Source of the DNA: a bacterium
Lineage (GTDB): Bacteria > SAR324 > NAC60-12
Assembly: GCA_965209155.1 (NCBI GenBank)
Contig: OZ242383.1
Coordinates: 2,848,001 to 2,912,000 of the forward strand
Length of the DNA: 64,000 nt
Reading direction: 5' to 3'
Position numbers and translations under genes: made by a program. The notes below the pieces were generated by a model, which worked only from the letters and a program-made list of their open reading frames with translations, ran no database searches and was not told the DNA's origin. Within the stretch, counting starts at the first letter, position 1. Every line of letters starts with the position of its first letter. Below, one piece after another: positions 1-10,691 of this stretch.

Positions 1-278
1 ATGGTGATGGCTGCTTTTGCCAGGAGACATGGGTTGCGGAACAAGGCGCAAAATACCAGGCAACCCACTCGTACTTTTCGGGTCGATGCAGCAAGCGCGG
101 CCATAGACGCAACGGCTTCGAAACAAGGATTCTCTCTTGACTCGAGCGGGTTGGGATAAAAATGATCCCACACCGAAATCCAGTGAAAACCTGCTTCTTC
201 CGCCCGGTGCCAGACTCGTAGAAGTTCCTCCATGGAAAGATCTTGTGGACCCGTATGAATGCCGAGTTTGAGTTTCAT
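1..278 (-). CDS. LLM-class (luciferase-like, possibly F420-dependent) oxidoreductase, runs off window start
   Basis: Manual translation from ATG at 278: MKLKLGIHTGPQDLSMEELLRVWHRAEEAGFHWISVWDHFYP...LAASTRKVRVGCLV...FRNPCLLAK, a typical LLM N-terminus. Confidence 0.8.
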   Translation of the reverse strand, partial: MKLKLGIHTGPQDLSMEELLRVWHRAEEAGFHWISVWDHFYPNPLESRENPCFEAVASMAALAASTRKVRVGCLVFCALFRNPCLLAKAAIT

Positions 279-308
279 TTCGCTCCTTTTTTACTATAAT
301 TCGGGGAG

Positions 309-330
309 AAGGGCGGTCCCGACCGCCTTT
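309..330 (-). terminator. GC-rich hairpin just downstream of the aldolase gene
   Basis: GGCGGTC..GACCGCC inverted repeat a few bases after the stop codon. Confidence 0.4.
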
Positions 331-335
331 GAAGA

Positions 336-1229
336 TCAAGTTGTCGAAGCTTGATAAATACTTTCAATAGAGGTGTCCAACATGGTATTGAATTGCTCTT
401 CGGATTGTTGGGCAGTCAGCCCTTCCGTCAATGCGCGTGAGAAACTCGCAATCATGCGATTTTGTCGTGACAGCCTGGTATTGGCCTCTTCCCGACTGTA
501 ACCACCGGATAGCGCTGCCACTCTCAGTACATTGGGATGATCGATACAGTCCTGGTAAAAATTGTCTTTTTCAGGCAGTGTCAGCTTGAGCATCACCCAT
601 TGTCCGTCTTCCAATTGCTCCAGACCCTCGAGAATTTCCTTTTTCAAGATGTTTTCTGCTTTTGCCTTGTCCGGACAATGGATATCGACTTCGGGTTCGA
701 GGATGGGCACCAGGCCATTTTCGAGGATTTGATGGCCTGTTTCGAACTGTTGCCTGGCAACGGCAGCAATACCCGAGGCATCTGCCTGCTTGATAACAGA
801 ACGCATTTTCGTACCAAATATTCCTTTTGACTTCGCTTTTTCCAACAACGAGCGCAATCCTGGTATGGGTTTCATCACCTGCGTCCCGTTTTGCTCATCT
901 GCCAATCCTTTATCTACTTTGAGAATAGGCACCACCTGTTTCACGTTCCACAAGTAATCCGCTGAAGCCATACCTCCGATTTCCCGGTCCATCGTATTTT
1001 CAAACAGAATGGATCCCAGGATCCTTTCACCCGTGAATTGCGGACTGCTGATGATACGGGTTCTCATCTGGTGAATGAGGCTGAACATCTCATCGTCACT
1101 GGACCACGCATCGTTGTCAATACCGTAAAGGCGAAGCGCTTTGGGGGTGCTGCCCCCACTTTGGTCGAGTGCCGCTATGAATCCCGTATTATTTTTGAGT
1201 TTCTCGAGTTGTTGTTCGTGATTGCTCAT
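336..1229 (-). CDS. fda: Class I fructose-bisphosphate aldolase
   Basis: [29 protein letters not shown] and ALSGGY motifs. Confidence 0.93.
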   Translation of the reverse strand: MSNHEQQLEKLKNNTGFIAALDQSGGSTPKALRLYGIDNDAWSSDDEMFSLIHQMRTRIISSPQFTGERILGSILFENTMDREIGGMASADYLWNVKQVVPILKVDKGLADEQNGTQVMKPIPGLRSLLEKAKSKGIFGTKMRSVIKQADASGIAAVARQQFETGHQILENGLVPILEPEVDIHCPDKAKAENILKKEILEGLEQLEDGQWVMLKLTLPEKDNFYQDCIDHPNVLRVAALSGGYSREEANTRLSRQNRMIASFSRALTEGLTAQQSEEQFNTMLDTSIESIYQASTT

Positions 1230-1490
1230 GATACTCCTTTATGATCTATATACTTCGAAAGAATTGCGTATCCATTAATAGCAGCTATCCATGGCTTGTC
1301 AAGCATGCTCTCGAACTCTCCGGAAAAAAACCGTTGCGACATGGGTAAAAAAGATTAAACCCAAGAGCCTTGGATGGATTCGCATCGAGCAGCCGTCGAA
1401 TCGCAACGGTTCTTGCCAAACTGTGATATTATAATCGAATTCGTAAAGCAGCATCCCATTTTCCATGGCAGTTCCTTCCTTTCCTGAACA

Positions 1491-4340
1491 TTGATGAAAG
1501 AGCGAGTTGAATTTAAAAGAAATTTAGGACTGTTCCTGACAGTGATGATTGGTATTGGCGCGATGATAGGCCCAGGAGTTTTCGCATTGCCGGGTGAATT
1601 GGCTCATATGGTGGGCCCTTTGGGAATTCTGGTATATCTGGCCATGGGAGGATTGGCATTCCTCACCGCCCTGAACTATAGCGTGTTGGGCGCCGCTATC
1701 CCGATTGCGGGCGGTGGATATTCTTTTGCAAGCCGGACCCTGCCCAAACCCATTTCTTTTTTTACGGGATGGTTCCTTTGGATAGGCAATACGGTCGCCT
1801 GCGCCATGTATGTCATTATTTTTGCCCTCACTATCCGGGCTTACTTCTGGCCCGAAGTCAACATCATTCTACTGACTTCGTTGACGACCCTGGTCTTCAC
1901 CGCCTTGAATTTCCGTGGAATGTCGGAGTCGATCAAAGTCATCACCCTGATGAACCTGGTCGAGTTGGCAGTGCTTTTGGGAATTGCCTTGTTGGGCGTA
2001 AGCAAAGTTGAACTCCCCAATTTACAGCCTTTAGCGCCATTGGGATTCGCGGAATTTATTCCAGCCATGGCGCTGATTTACATATCCTATGTCGGTTTCG
2101 ATCTCATTGCGGATGCCTCTGAAGAGATCATCAATCCTGGTAAAACAATCCCGCGCGCCATCCTCATCACAGTTGGCGTCGGGATAGTTATCTACGTGTT
2201 TGTGGTGGGAATCATGATGGCCACCGTCCACTACACGGATTTGGCGGAGAGTGAGGTCCCCTTTATTTTCGCTGCAGAGCATATTGTAGGCGATTGGGGG
2301 CGTTGGGCGGCCATTGTGGCAACAATCATGGCCAGTCTTTCCGCCTTCTCCGTTACTTTGGGCTCCAGTGCCCGGACCTTGTATGCATTGGGGAGGGACC
2401 GGCATTTCCCTGTTATTTTCGCGAGTTTGCATCCTCGTTATCAAACCCCCTACATCGCGCTTTGCATTTGCGCGCTGATGATCATGCTGGTCAGCGCTAC
2501 GGGCATCATCAAATTTGTTGCATCCTTTGCCGGCTTCGGCTATCTGATGGGAGTGGGAATCGTCAACTGCACGGTGATTGCGCTTCATAAAAAAATGCCC
2601 AATTTGCGGCGTCCGTTCAAACCCATTTTCTTTCCCTGGATCCCCATTGTGGGTGCGATTTCGTGCTGGCTTTTCGTGCTCGCCCTGGAGTGGAGAAGCT
2701 TTGTTCTCGGAGGGATCATGACGCTGGCAGGGGCCGGCGTTTACTTGTTGCAGCCTGCCAACCGTCGTGAACTCGGCAGGTTGTATGAACATGTTTTTGC
2801 CCGTATTAAAAGATGGGCTATTTCAAGAAGGAGAAAACGTATGCGAGTGCTGGTAGTCGGTGGTGGAAGGCTCGGGAAAAGTGTTGCCAATCAACTATTG
2901 ATGAAGGACGAGCACCGCTCCATTTTTCGCTCGGCAGAACATCAAGTGACTTTTGTCGAAAAAGATGAACGCCGGTGTCATGAGTTGGAACAGCATTACA
3001 ACGTCCCCATCTACCAGGGAGATGGAACCGACAAAGGACTGCTGGAACAAATAGAACTGAAGAAGATGGACGTGGTGATTTCCACTTTGAACAACGACAA
3101 TCAAAATGTAGTGGCTTCCCTGCAGGCCAAGCGCCTGGGGGCCCCGTTGGTCATCTCTCTGGTTATTGATTCAGATTACGTTCCCCTGCTCGAGGAAAAC
3201 AACATAGTGGCCATCAGTACTCCCAAAGCCAGTGCGATCATGGTGGAAAATTACCTGGAACGCCCTGGTATCGCAGAACTCTTCGAGTTGGGAGGAGGGG
3301 AAGGCAGTCTTGCTGGTGTTTTCGTGGAAAAAAATGCGGAAGTGACAGGAAAAGCTCTTAAAAATATTCAACTTCCCGTAGATTGCATTGCCGCAGCGAT
3401 CATTCGTGAAAAAAAATTCCTCGTTCCCCGGGATGACACTATCATCCAGGAAAAAGATTACGTGTTGTTCGTGGGCTTGACTCAAGCGATCAAGAAAGCG
3501 CGGGAAGTGTTTATGGTGGCTGCTCGTCGCAAAGCCATTCAAGGGAGTTCGATTTTTCAATTGGTAGAACGCATGCGGCGACGAAAAACCGATGAATTGG
3601 ACCGCGAGTTGAGAGGCATAATCAAAAAGAGGGCAACGACGGAAAAAGATCCCTTTGACGCCCTGGTTGAAAAGGCCTTTGTGTTCGACCTTCACGGCGA
3701 GTCGAATTTTGAGGCAGTTTTACAAAAAGTCTCTGCTGAATTCTCCAAACGGCTGTCCATCCGTCCCGAAGACTTGGAGGCGGGCTTCCGGGAAGGCAGC
3801 GAAATCGGAATGACGCCCGCAGCAGACGGGGTGGCCCTGCCTCATTTGCGTTTTGCCGATATCGACCATTCTGAACTGGTACTGGTACGTTCTGTTCCGG
3901 GAGTTTACTTTGCCGGAGATGAGACCTCCGTGAGTACGATTTCAGATCAACCCAACCATGCATTTTTCTTTTTAGTCAGTCCTGAAAAAGATCCTGCGCA
4001 GCACCTGAGAATTCTGGCCCGCATTGCGGAATGCGTAAACAACGCCCAATTCATGCAAGAGTGGCTGACCGCCCGCAACGAGGAGGAATTGAAAGAAACC
4101 CTGGTCCATAAAGAACTTTTCTTTTCTTTACGTTTGCACAAGGATTCAAAAAACGCCCCACTGGTTGGCCGGAAAATCCAGGAATTGCCACTGCCCGAAG
4201 AAATTATGGTAGCGCTCATTCACCGCAACAACCGCATCATCGTTCCACGTAACCATACCGTGCTCGAAGAAGAAGACCGTTTGACCATTGTGGGAGAAGT
4301 GGAGGGAATCAAAAAATTTCGTGAACAATATGAAGATTAA
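1491..4340 (+). CDS. APC-family amino acid permease fused to TrkA-N/TrkA-C (RCK), PTS EIIA-like and a second TrkA-C domain
   Basis: GAMIGPG and about 12 TM helices, then GGGRLG Rossmann motif, GVALPH (EIIA) and a C-terminal RCK_C domain. Confidence 0.85.
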   Translation: MMKERVEFKRNLGLFLTVMIGIGAMIGPGVFALPGELAHMVGPLGILVYLAMGGLAFLTALNYSVLGAAIPIAGGGYSFASRTLPKPISFFTGWFLWIGNTVACAMYVIIFALTIRAYFWPEVNIILLTSLTTLVFTALNFRGMSESIKVITLMNLVELAVLLGIALLGVSKVELPNLQPLAPLGFAEFIPAMALIYISYVGFDLIADASEEIINPGKTIPRAILITVGVGIVIYVFVVGIMMATVHYTDLAESEVPFIFAAEHIVGDWGRWAAIVATIMASLSAFSVTLGSSARTLYALGRDRHFPVIFASLHPRYQTPYIALCICALMIMLVSATGIIKFVASFAGFGYLMGVGIVNCTVIALHKKMPNLRRPFKPIFFPWIPIVGAISCWLFVLALEWRSFVLGGIMTLAGAGVYLLQPANRRELGRLYEHVFARIKRWAISRRRKRMRVLVVGGGRLGKSVANQLLMKDEHRSIFRSAEHQVTFVEKDERRCHELEQHYNVPIYQGDGTDKGLLEQIELKKMDVVISTLNNDNQNVVASLQAKRLGAPLVISLVIDSDYVPLLEENNIVAISTPKASAIMVENYLERPGIAELFELGGGEGSLAGVFVEKNAEVTGKALKNIQLPVDCIAAAIIREKKFLVPRDDTIIQEKDYVLFVGLTQAIKKAREVFMVAARRKAIQGSSIFQLVERMRRRKTDELDRELRGIIKKRATTEKDPFDALVEKAFVFDLHGESNFEAVLQKVSAEFSKRLSIRPEDLEAGFREGSEIGMTPAADGVALPHLRFADIDHSELVLVRSVPGVYFAGDETSVSTISDQPNHAFFFLVSPEKDPAQHLRILARIAECVNNAQFMQEWLTARNEEELKETLVHKELFFSLRLHKDSKNAPLVGRKIQELPLPEEIMVALIHRNNRIIVPRNHTVLEEEDRLTIVGEVEGIKKFREQYED

Positions 4341-4435
4341 AAAGGAGATCGAAACAGGATATCTTAGCCTGTAATGAAAATCACCTCGAGGATCTCTCCG
4401 GCAAGATGACAGTCCATCCAATTGAGGAAGAATTT

Positions 4436-4699
4436 ATGAAATTTACGATTTGGAGACGGAACCCTGAAGTTTATTTGGGATTTTTGGAAAAACATGGTCG
4501 CGAACCCCAGTTTCTTTTTGGAAAAGAGGGCAAATTCAATGAGCACGTGGCGACTTTCGACACGGAAAGCAAAGCCGCGCTCGAAACCATTTTCAACGAA
4601 TATGTCAGTGAATATCCGCCCAAGGAAGCGGGGGATTTCATCATTGTTCAAATCGACACCATGCGCATACAAGAAGTGAGCCTGGAGAACAACGTCTGA
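4436..4699 (+). CDS. Small hypothetical protein
   Basis: 87-aa ORF with GAGGA RBS between the permease and the tRNA. Confidence 0.55.
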   Translation: MKFTIWRRNPEVYLGFLEKHGREPQFLFGKEGKFNEHVATFDTESKAALETIFNEYVSEYPPKEAGDFIIVQIDTMRIQEVSLENNV

Positions 4700-4718
4700 T
4701 TTTACCAGAAAGAGGCGT

Positions 4719-4804
4719 TGGTGCGAGAGGGGGGACTCGAACCCCCACGCCTTTACGGCACCAGATCCTAAATCTGGCGTGTATGCCAATTTCACCACTC
4801 TCGC
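4719..4804 (-). tRNA. tRNA-Leu (anticodon TAG)
   Basis: GCGAGAGTGGTGAAATTGG...CCAGA-TTTAGGA-TCTGG anticodon arm, long variable arm, GTTCGAGTC T-loop, encoded CCA. Confidence 0.95.
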
Positions 4805-4866
4805 AGCTTCGGGGGGGAGAGGAAAACCTCTTTTCCGGGATAATACAATGACCTTGCGCTCCTCGC

Positions 4867-5268
4867 TCAACTGAAGATCACTTCTTTGGCGTAGAGCGTG
4901 TCGACGTACTCTCTCACCGCCTGAATCTTGTTGTTTTTGATTTCAAAGATCATGTTGTAATAATTTTCGTAATTTCGTCCCTTAACCGTTTTGGCCCGTG
5001 CGATCCACTCCACCACAACGCAATCTCCTTCACCAATCACATTGCTGATCTCGAGGGACAGACTGTTGGGCACCAGCAAGGGTTGGGAACGACCAAAAAA
5101 ATCTTCAAAAATGGCCTTCTTCCCCGTATACGTACCGGAAAGAGGCAGGGTGCCGGGCAACCACCACGTGGCATCGTCTGCGAAAGAGTCCATCGCTCCT
5201 TCGATATTGCCTTTTACGACGCCTTCAATAAAGTTTTGTACGACTTTTTTGTTTTCTGCTACTCCCAT
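4867..5268 (-). CDS. SnoaL/NTF2-like (ketosteroid isomerase-like) protein
   Basis: ADDATWW.PG, EGD.VVVE and REYVDT patterns. Confidence 0.85.
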   Translation of the reverse strand: MGVAENKKVVQNFIEGVVKGNIEGAMDSFADDATWWLPGTLPLSGTYTGKKAIFEDFFGRSQPLLVPNSLSLEISNVIGEGDCVVVEWIARAKTVKGRNYENYYNMIFEIKNNKIQAVREYVDTLYAKEVIFS

Positions 5269-5303
5269 CCATCCTCCTCATTATTTTTTTTTACGATGAC
5301 GAT

Positions 5304-6104
5304 CTATTCTCCGGACCAGACCGGTTCTCGTTTTTCCATAAAAGCGGAAATGCCTTCTTCGGCATCACGGGCCATCATGTTTTCCGTCATCACTTTGCTA
5401 CAATTTTCGTATGCTCCTCGCAAATCCTGTTCTATTTGCAGGTAGAATGCTTTTTTCCCGATTTTCAAAGTGAATGGAGATTTGGAGGCGATGCTTTTTG
5501 CCATATTCCAGGTCTCCTCTTCCAATCGTCCGGCCGGCACGACTTTGTTGATCAAGCCCATCTCGCAGGCTTGCCTGGCAGGGACCATTTCTCCCGTCAG
5601 CAACATGGCCATCGCCTGTTTGCGTGGGATTGCGCGTGACAGAGCCACCATCGGCGTGGAGCAAAACAAACCGATATTGACCCCTGGCGTCGCAAAACGC
5701 GCATTTTCAGCCGCAACAGCCAGGTCGCAAGTGGCCACCAGTTGACACCCGGCAGCAGTGGCAATGCCGTGAACCCGGGCAATCACCGGTTTGGAGAGCT
5801 CCGTGATGCATAGCATCAGTTTTGAACAAGTTTTGAAAGTTTGCTCGTAAAATTGTCGATTCGGATTAGCCCGCATTTCCCTGAGATCATGTCCGGCGCA
5901 AAATCCTTTACCCGCCCCTGCCAGTACCAGCGCCTTGATTGAGGAGTCCGCCTCCAGTGTTTTTAATTCGGCCAGCAGCGCTTCCATGCATTGCAGGGAC
6001 AGGGCATTATAGACCGCCGGGCGATTCAGGGTCAAAGTCGCCACTCCCTCCCGTTTCTGGCAAAGCACCGGATCGTTGAAGTTCCGAAGCGTCATGCTTG
6101 TCAT
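5304..6104 (-). CDS. Enoyl-CoA hydratase/isomerase family protein
   Basis: LTLNRP, FCAGHDL, ATAAGCQL and FATPGVNIGLFC motifs. Confidence 0.92.
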   Translation of the reverse strand: MTSMTLRNFNDPVLCQKREGVATLTLNRPAVYNALSLQCMEALLAELKTLEADSSIKALVLAGAGKGFCAGHDLREMRANPNRQFYEQTFKTCSKLMLCITELSKPVIARVHGIATAAGCQLVATCDLAVAAENARFATPGVNIGLFCSTPMVALSRAIPRKQAMAMLLTGEMVPARQACEMGLINKVVPAGRLEEETWNMAKSIASKSPFTLKIGKKAFYLQIEQDLRGAYENCSKVMTENMMARDAEEGISAFMEKREPVWSGE

Positions 6105-6313
6105 TTGCTCCCTTTGAGATTCAATTCAGGTACGTCCATTTCCCTTGCAAGACTAATAACGGCATTTTAACTTTTCGTCAACAATTTTCGGTATGAACTG
6201 GTACGCAAGTAGGCTTGGAGTCACTCGAGTATGGAATAGCTTATCCAATTGCTCTTCCGGGTTCATGTCGTTACCGTCCATACCCTCTTGACAAATGTTT
6301 TCATACTTACTAT

Positions 6314-6363
6314 ACGTGAATCAGGAGTTAAAAACGTGTCATTCCTGGTCCAGACCAGGAATC
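6314..6363 (+). repeat. Isolated MITE end (TIR ACGTGAATCAGGAGTT) with adjacent REP-like palindrome
   Basis: Reverse complement of the ends at 15724-15739, 41583-41598 and 43627-43642; palindrome GTCATTCCTGG-TCCAGA-CCAGGAATC. Confidence 0.75.
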
Positions 6364-6391
6364 AAGCACTCGCTTGCAAGGAGAATTCCCG

Positions 6392-7459
6392 ATGAGAACG
6401 TTATCCACATTTGCCCTTGTCCTGGCCTTCAGTCTGACTCCGGCTTGCTTAGCGCACGAAGCGCCCAGGCACGAGCACGTCGAACTGCTCCCGATCCGGG
6501 AATACCGATTGCCTTTTGGCGAGGCAAGCGCGCGAGCCTCTTTGCAAGCTGCCGAAGCCTTTCTCGCCAGCTTTGACGAGGGGACTGAGGTGAAGCTCAT
6601 TTACGACCTCGACGCCAAGGAGCGCGCGGGTTGGTCCAACCTTCCCGCCCGGTATGTTTCCCGTGCCGGGATATCCATCGGCGAGCTGTCGGACGGCCAA
6701 CGCAAGCTGCTTTTCGATTTCCTGGCTTCCTCACTGAGCGAAGAGGGTTATCGCAGGGTCAGCGAAGCCATAGCCGCCGAAGCCTTCCTGAGTGACGCCT
6801 GGTTGGCCAGGTTGCGGAGTTGGTCGCCCGAGAATTACTGGATTTCTTTCTATGGCACTCCTTCTGCGAAATCTCCATGGGGATGGCAATTCGGTGGGCA
6901 TCACCTGGCGTTGAACCTGTCCATGGAAGGCGACCGCGTCACGAGTATGTCCCCCAGCTTTGTCGGTACCGAACCGGCCATCTTCACCCATGACGGGGTG
7001 GCGTATGAAGTAGTGGTCGACATGCACCGGGCGGGATACGCACTCTATGCCGCTCTGGACAACGCGCAGAAGTCTGCGGCTGCTGCCGGTGAAGTGCCCA
7101 AAAGGCTTCTCACCGGTCCAGGCAAAGACGGTGTCGTCCCTCCAGCGATTGGGGTAAGTGCCGCCGACATGACTGTGGGTCAGAAGGGCCTGCTCCTGGC
7201 CGCCGTCAACCGGTGGGTCTCGATTCAGCCTTCCGAGGACGCTCAACGTCGAATGGCGGAAATCGAGGCCGAGTTGGAAAGGACGACCTTCGCCTGGACT
7301 GGCACCAACGAAGTCAATACTCCCACCTACATGATTATCCAGGGTCCTACGTTACTCATAGAGCTCATTTCGCGAGTCGGCAATGTCCGCAGCGGCCAGG
7401 GTCACTACCACACTGTCTATCGAAATCCGAGATTGGAGTATGGCGGTTTGGGTCCGTGA
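6392..7459 (+). CDS. DUF3500-like secreted protein
   Basis: Signal peptide; WSNLP, WGWQFGGHHLALN and HYHTVYR motifs. Confidence 0.8.
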   Translation: MRTLSTFALVLAFSLTPACLAHEAPRHEHVELLPIREYRLPFGEASARASLQAAEAFLASFDEGTEVKLIYDLDAKERAGWSNLPARYVSRAGISIGELSDGQRKLLFDFLASSLSEEGYRRVSEAIAAEAFLSDAWLARLRSWSPENYWISFYGTPSAKSPWGWQFGGHHLALNLSMEGDRVTSMSPSFVGTEPAIFTHDGVAYEVVVDMHRAGYALYAALDNAQKSAAAAGEVPKRLLTGPGKDGVVPPAIGVSAADMTVGQKGLLLAAVNRWVSIQPSEDAQRRMAEIEAELERTTFAWTGTNEVNTPTYMIIQGPTLLIELISRVGNVRSGQGHYHTVYRNPRLEYGGLGP

Positions 7460-7520
7460 TGGTCCGTGTCCGAGTATCGAAAAAGGAGCGACAATAGCTG
7501 TCTTAACGCTAACATTTGCG

Positions 7521-7910
7521 TTATGCGGGTTCGCATGAGGCGCACTGCCCATGGATTTCGATGACTTGGCGCCTTGCGGCAAACCCGGACTTCCCCGCGA
7601 TGCCGGACAGCGTTTTCAGAAGTTCGGGGGAGACGTTTTCTTCGACCTCGCCACAGTCGTCGCAAATCGACATGATCGAAGCCTGGCGATGCCGACCGCG
7701 CTGGCACGCGATGAAGGCGTTGAGCGATTCGAGCCGGTGCACGCTGCCGCGATCGATCAGAGCGGCAAGGGCTCGATAGATCGTCTGTGGTGCGAGGCGC
7801 GGGTTCTCACCTCGCAGGCATCCGAGCATCTGGTAAGCGGACATCGGTGTGCGGTGGCTTCGCAAGATAGCCAACACGTCCGCCTGCATTCGTTTTCCAC
7901 GCTGGCTCAT
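7521..7910 (-). CDS. zur: Fur-family regulator, Zur-like
   Basis: APQTIYRAL, HRLESLNAF, CDDC and HGQCASC motifs; last gene of a CobW operon that has a Zur box. Confidence 0.8.
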   Translation of the reverse strand: MSQRGKRMQADVLAILRSHRTPMSAYQMLGCLRGENPRLAPQTIYRALAALIDRGSVHRLESLNAFIACQRGRHRQASIMSICDDCGEVEENVSPELLKTLSGIAGKSGFAARRQVIEIHGQCASCEPA

Positions 7911-7926
7911 CAGGCCCTCCAGTACT

Positions 7927-8973
7927 TCACCTGTCGCCCACTCGCCAAACCGTCGCGCCACCCTGAGCGTCGAGAGCCGCAAGCGCGCGTCCATCTGGTC
8001 GCCAGTACAAAGCGCCGACAATATCGGCTACGGGCGCAATGCCTATTGGATCGCCTTTTCCATTGCGCCTGAGTGACCACACGACTACGTTGCCATCCCG
8101 AGAGCCCGAGGCCAAGCGCATCCCACGGCGAGCGAAGGCGAGCGTTGAAACAGTTTGATCATGATATTCCAGAACGCCGGGCTGCGTGCCTTCGGGGCCT
8201 CTTCCATGGAAGCTCCAGACCGTCACCGCCTCCCCTCCGCCGGTGGCCAAAAGGGTGCCGGTGTCATCGAAGGCCAAGGCCGACGGCTTGGAAGGATATC
8301 CCGACATCATCGAATCCCGCTCCGTGGAACGACGCCAGAAGTGCACCGAGTTGTCCTGGCTGCCGCAGGCGACGATATCCCCGTCCGGACTCAGTACCAT
8401 CGACACCAAAGAGCCCATCCACTCCAGCTTCTGGCGAAGCTTCCCAGTGGACGCATCGAAGAACGTTACCCGACCATAACAGGCCGTCGCCAATTCCCTT
8501 GGGCTGGACCAGGCGATTGCGCTGACGGTGCTCGGTTGATCCTCCGATCGCCAGACTTCAGCGCCGTCCGCACCATACGCGTGAACCTGCCGGGAGCAGG
8601 AAGCCGCCAGCCATTGGCCGTCCGGCGACCACGCCACGTTCTCCACCCAACCGCTGCCGACATCGATAGCCTGTTTTACCTGCCCTTCGGCGAAACCCCA
8701 GATAAGGACTCGTCCGTCCTGGCCGGCCGTCGCAAACGCGGTTCTATTTGGGTGAATCGCCATCGCAAGCACGCCGCCATCATGAGCCCCCTGCCGCGCC
8801 CAGGCGCTTGCACCGGACTTGCCGTCGAACACGTAGACGCCACCCGCGGCATCACCCACCACCAGCGCCTCACCGCCTGCGCTCCAGCCTCCGGCGATGG
8901 CGTAATCACCGACCCCCGCAGACCAGCCCCGGTGCAGAACACCTATCGGTCTGTCGCCATTCAGGTCAGACAT
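7927..8973 (-). CDS. WD40-repeat protein
   Basis: Repeated ..TAGQDG..W, WSPDG and ASGSRDG units. Confidence 0.85.
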   Translation of the reverse strand: MSDLNGDRPIGVLHRGWSAGVGDYAIAGGWSAGGEALVVGDAAGGVYVFDGKSGASAWARQGAHDGGVLAMAIHPNRTAFATAGQDGRVLIWGFAEGQVKQAIDVGSGWVENVAWSPDGQWLAASCSRQVHAYGADGAEVWRSEDQPSTVSAIAWSSPRELATACYGRVTFFDASTGKLRQKLEWMGSLVSMVLSPDGDIVACGSQDNSVHFWRRSTERDSMMSGYPSKPSALAFDDTGTLLATGGGEAVTVWSFHGRGPEGTQPGVLEYHDQTVSTLAFARRGMRLASGSRDGNVVVWSLRRNGKGDPIGIAPVADIVGALYWRPDGRALAALDAQGGATVWRVGDR

Positions 8974-10382
8974 GCCTCGAATCCCTGCTGCATACTTTGC
9001 TCGTCGAGGTTGCGGCCGATGAAGACGAGCTGATTGCGGCGTGGCGCGTCTCCCCATGGACGATCCGGCTGCCCGTCGAAAAGCATGTGAACCCCCTGGA
9101 AGACGAAACGATCCGACTCACCCGCGATGCTGATGAAGCCCTTCATTCGGAAGATGTCCACCCCGCGCTCACGGAGTAACTCGCCAAGCCAGCTGTTGAG
9201 CCTGTCGGGATCAACGTCGCCCTCCCTCTCGATGGCGATCGAACCCACTTCGTCGTCGTGCTCATGCTGCGCAACCCAGGTTCGCTCGACCTCGACGGGA
9301 ATCGCTCCCTTGATGCGCAGGGCGCTGGTCTCTGGGGAGGGCACCCGTTTGGAGTGTGGATTGTTTTCTGGCCTGGTCGTCGATCCATCCGCGTTCGTCA
9401 GTTGCAAATCGAATTCCTCCGCGGTGTGCTGGGTGTAGAGGCCAACCTTTAACTGCGAGTCGACCTCCAGGAAAAACGACTTGCGCCCGGGGGTGTCAAG
9501 CTGGAGGCTCATATGTTTTCCGAGAGGAATCTCGCTCCCCGGGCGAATGAGATTCGCGGGTTCGGCATACCGGCGCACACACCACTCCGCACCCTCACGA
9601 AGTGAAGGGTCATCCGTGCCCTGGTCGGGTACGATGACGAGAGACATCGCCGGATCGGGTCCATCGGCCAGGCTGAGTTCGTAACGGCCGATATCGAGCG
9701 AATAGACTCCAGTCCATTCGAATGGGTATTCCGGCTCCAAGAAAGTGGGACGACGTTCGAGCACCTGGTCCAGGTCGAAGGCGCCGAGGTTGAGTACCGT
9801 ATCGACGGAGACGTCCGCTCGCTCGCTGCGGATGACTCGCGCCATTCGATTCATGTCCCGGAGCCGGGCCTCGAGCCTGTCGAGCGCGTCGCCGTCGACG
9901 AGGTCCGTCTTGTTGAGAACCAGGACGTCTGCGAAGGCGATCTGTTCCGCGCTCTCGTCGCTTCGGCCGAGCTGCTGCTCGACGTGGGCTGCGTCGACGA
10001 GCGTGACGATCCCGTCCAGTGCGAACTCCGCGCGAATCTCGTCGTCCATGAAGAAGGTTTGGGCAACCGGACCGGGATCGGCGAGCCCCGTGGTCTCCAC
10101 CAACACGTAATCGAACTTGTCTCGGCGTTTCATGAGGTTACCGAGCACGCGAATCAGGTCTCCGCGCACCGTGCAGCAGATGCAACCGTTCGACATCTCG
10201 AAGATCTCCTCGTCGGCATTGATGACGAGCGCCTGGTCGATGCCGACCTCCCCGAACTCGTTTTCGATCACGGCGATGCGTTTGCCGTGTTCCTCCCTCA
10301 AGACCCGGTTCAGCAGGGTCGTCTTACCGGAGCCGAGGAATCCGGTGAGGATCGTAACAGGTATGTTTTCAGGTGTGTTCAT
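8961..10382 (-). CDS. CobW/COG0523 metallochaperone GTPase
   Basis: GFLGSGKTT, NEFGE, GCICC, ETTG and NKTD motifs; CobW_C domain (RMKG, FQGVH, LVFIGR). Confidence 0.93.
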   Translation of the reverse strand: MNTPENIPVTILTGFLGSGKTTLLNRVLREEHGKRIAVIENEFGEVGIDQALVINADEEIFEMSNGCICCTVRGDLIRVLGNLMKRRDKFDYVLVETTGLADPGPVAQTFFMDDEIRAEFALDGIVTLVDAAHVEQQLGRSDESAEQIAFADVLVLNKTDLVDGDALDRLEARLRDMNRMARVIRSERADVSVDTVLNLGAFDLDQVLERRPTFLEPEYPFEWTGVYSLDIGRYELSLADGPDPAMSLVIVPDQGTDDPSLREGAEWCVRRYAEPANLIRPGSEIPLGKHMSLQLDTPGRKSFFLEVDSQLKVGLYTQHTAEEFDLQLTNADGSTTRPENNPHSKRVPSPETSALRIKGAIPVEVERTWVAQHEHDDEVGSIAIEREGDVDPDRLNSWLGELLRERGVDIFRMKGFISIAGESDRFVFQGVHMLFDGQPDRPWGDAPRRNQLVFIGRNLDEQSMQQGFEACLT

Positions 10383-10691
10383 CTAGTTCTCCTGGAGTAG
10401 TGGTGCGAGCACCGGAATCTTTACGTCGAATCCCCACGCCTTGCAGACCTGGAACAGGTCCTTGGCGTCAACGACGTCCATGGGTTTGTGTAACTTGTAC
10501 TGAAGCTGCGACGCATCAGGCCGGAGCAGGCCGATCACGGTTTCGACGGGCGCGCAGCCTTCTTCGAGACAAGCCAGCTCGGTGACCGTGACCGTCATGT
10601 CTTCGGAAAGGCTCAGCGTTTCGCGCAATGCCTTCTTGATACGTCGAGCCCCTTCGGGCTTCGGGTAGCGCGGTGATCTGCCGATCAACAT
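10383..10691 (-). CDS. Small conserved-looking protein with CxxxGC motif, CobW-associated
   Basis: VTELACLEEGCAPVET motif; abuts cobW start. Confidence 0.7.
   Translation of the reverse strand: MLIGRSPRYPKPEGARRIKKALRETLSLSEDMTVTVTELACLEEGCAPVETVIGLLRPDASQLQYKLHKPMDVVDAKDLFQVCKAWGFDVKIPVLAPLLQEN

Noticed and set aside
4719..4804. tRNA-anchored integrative island
   Set aside because: No integrase, and I found no duplicated tRNA 3' end in the window.
7507..7528. Integron attC site (GCTAAC...GTTATGC)
   Set aside because: The boxes are only a few bases apart, there are no L boxes, and no integrase is present.
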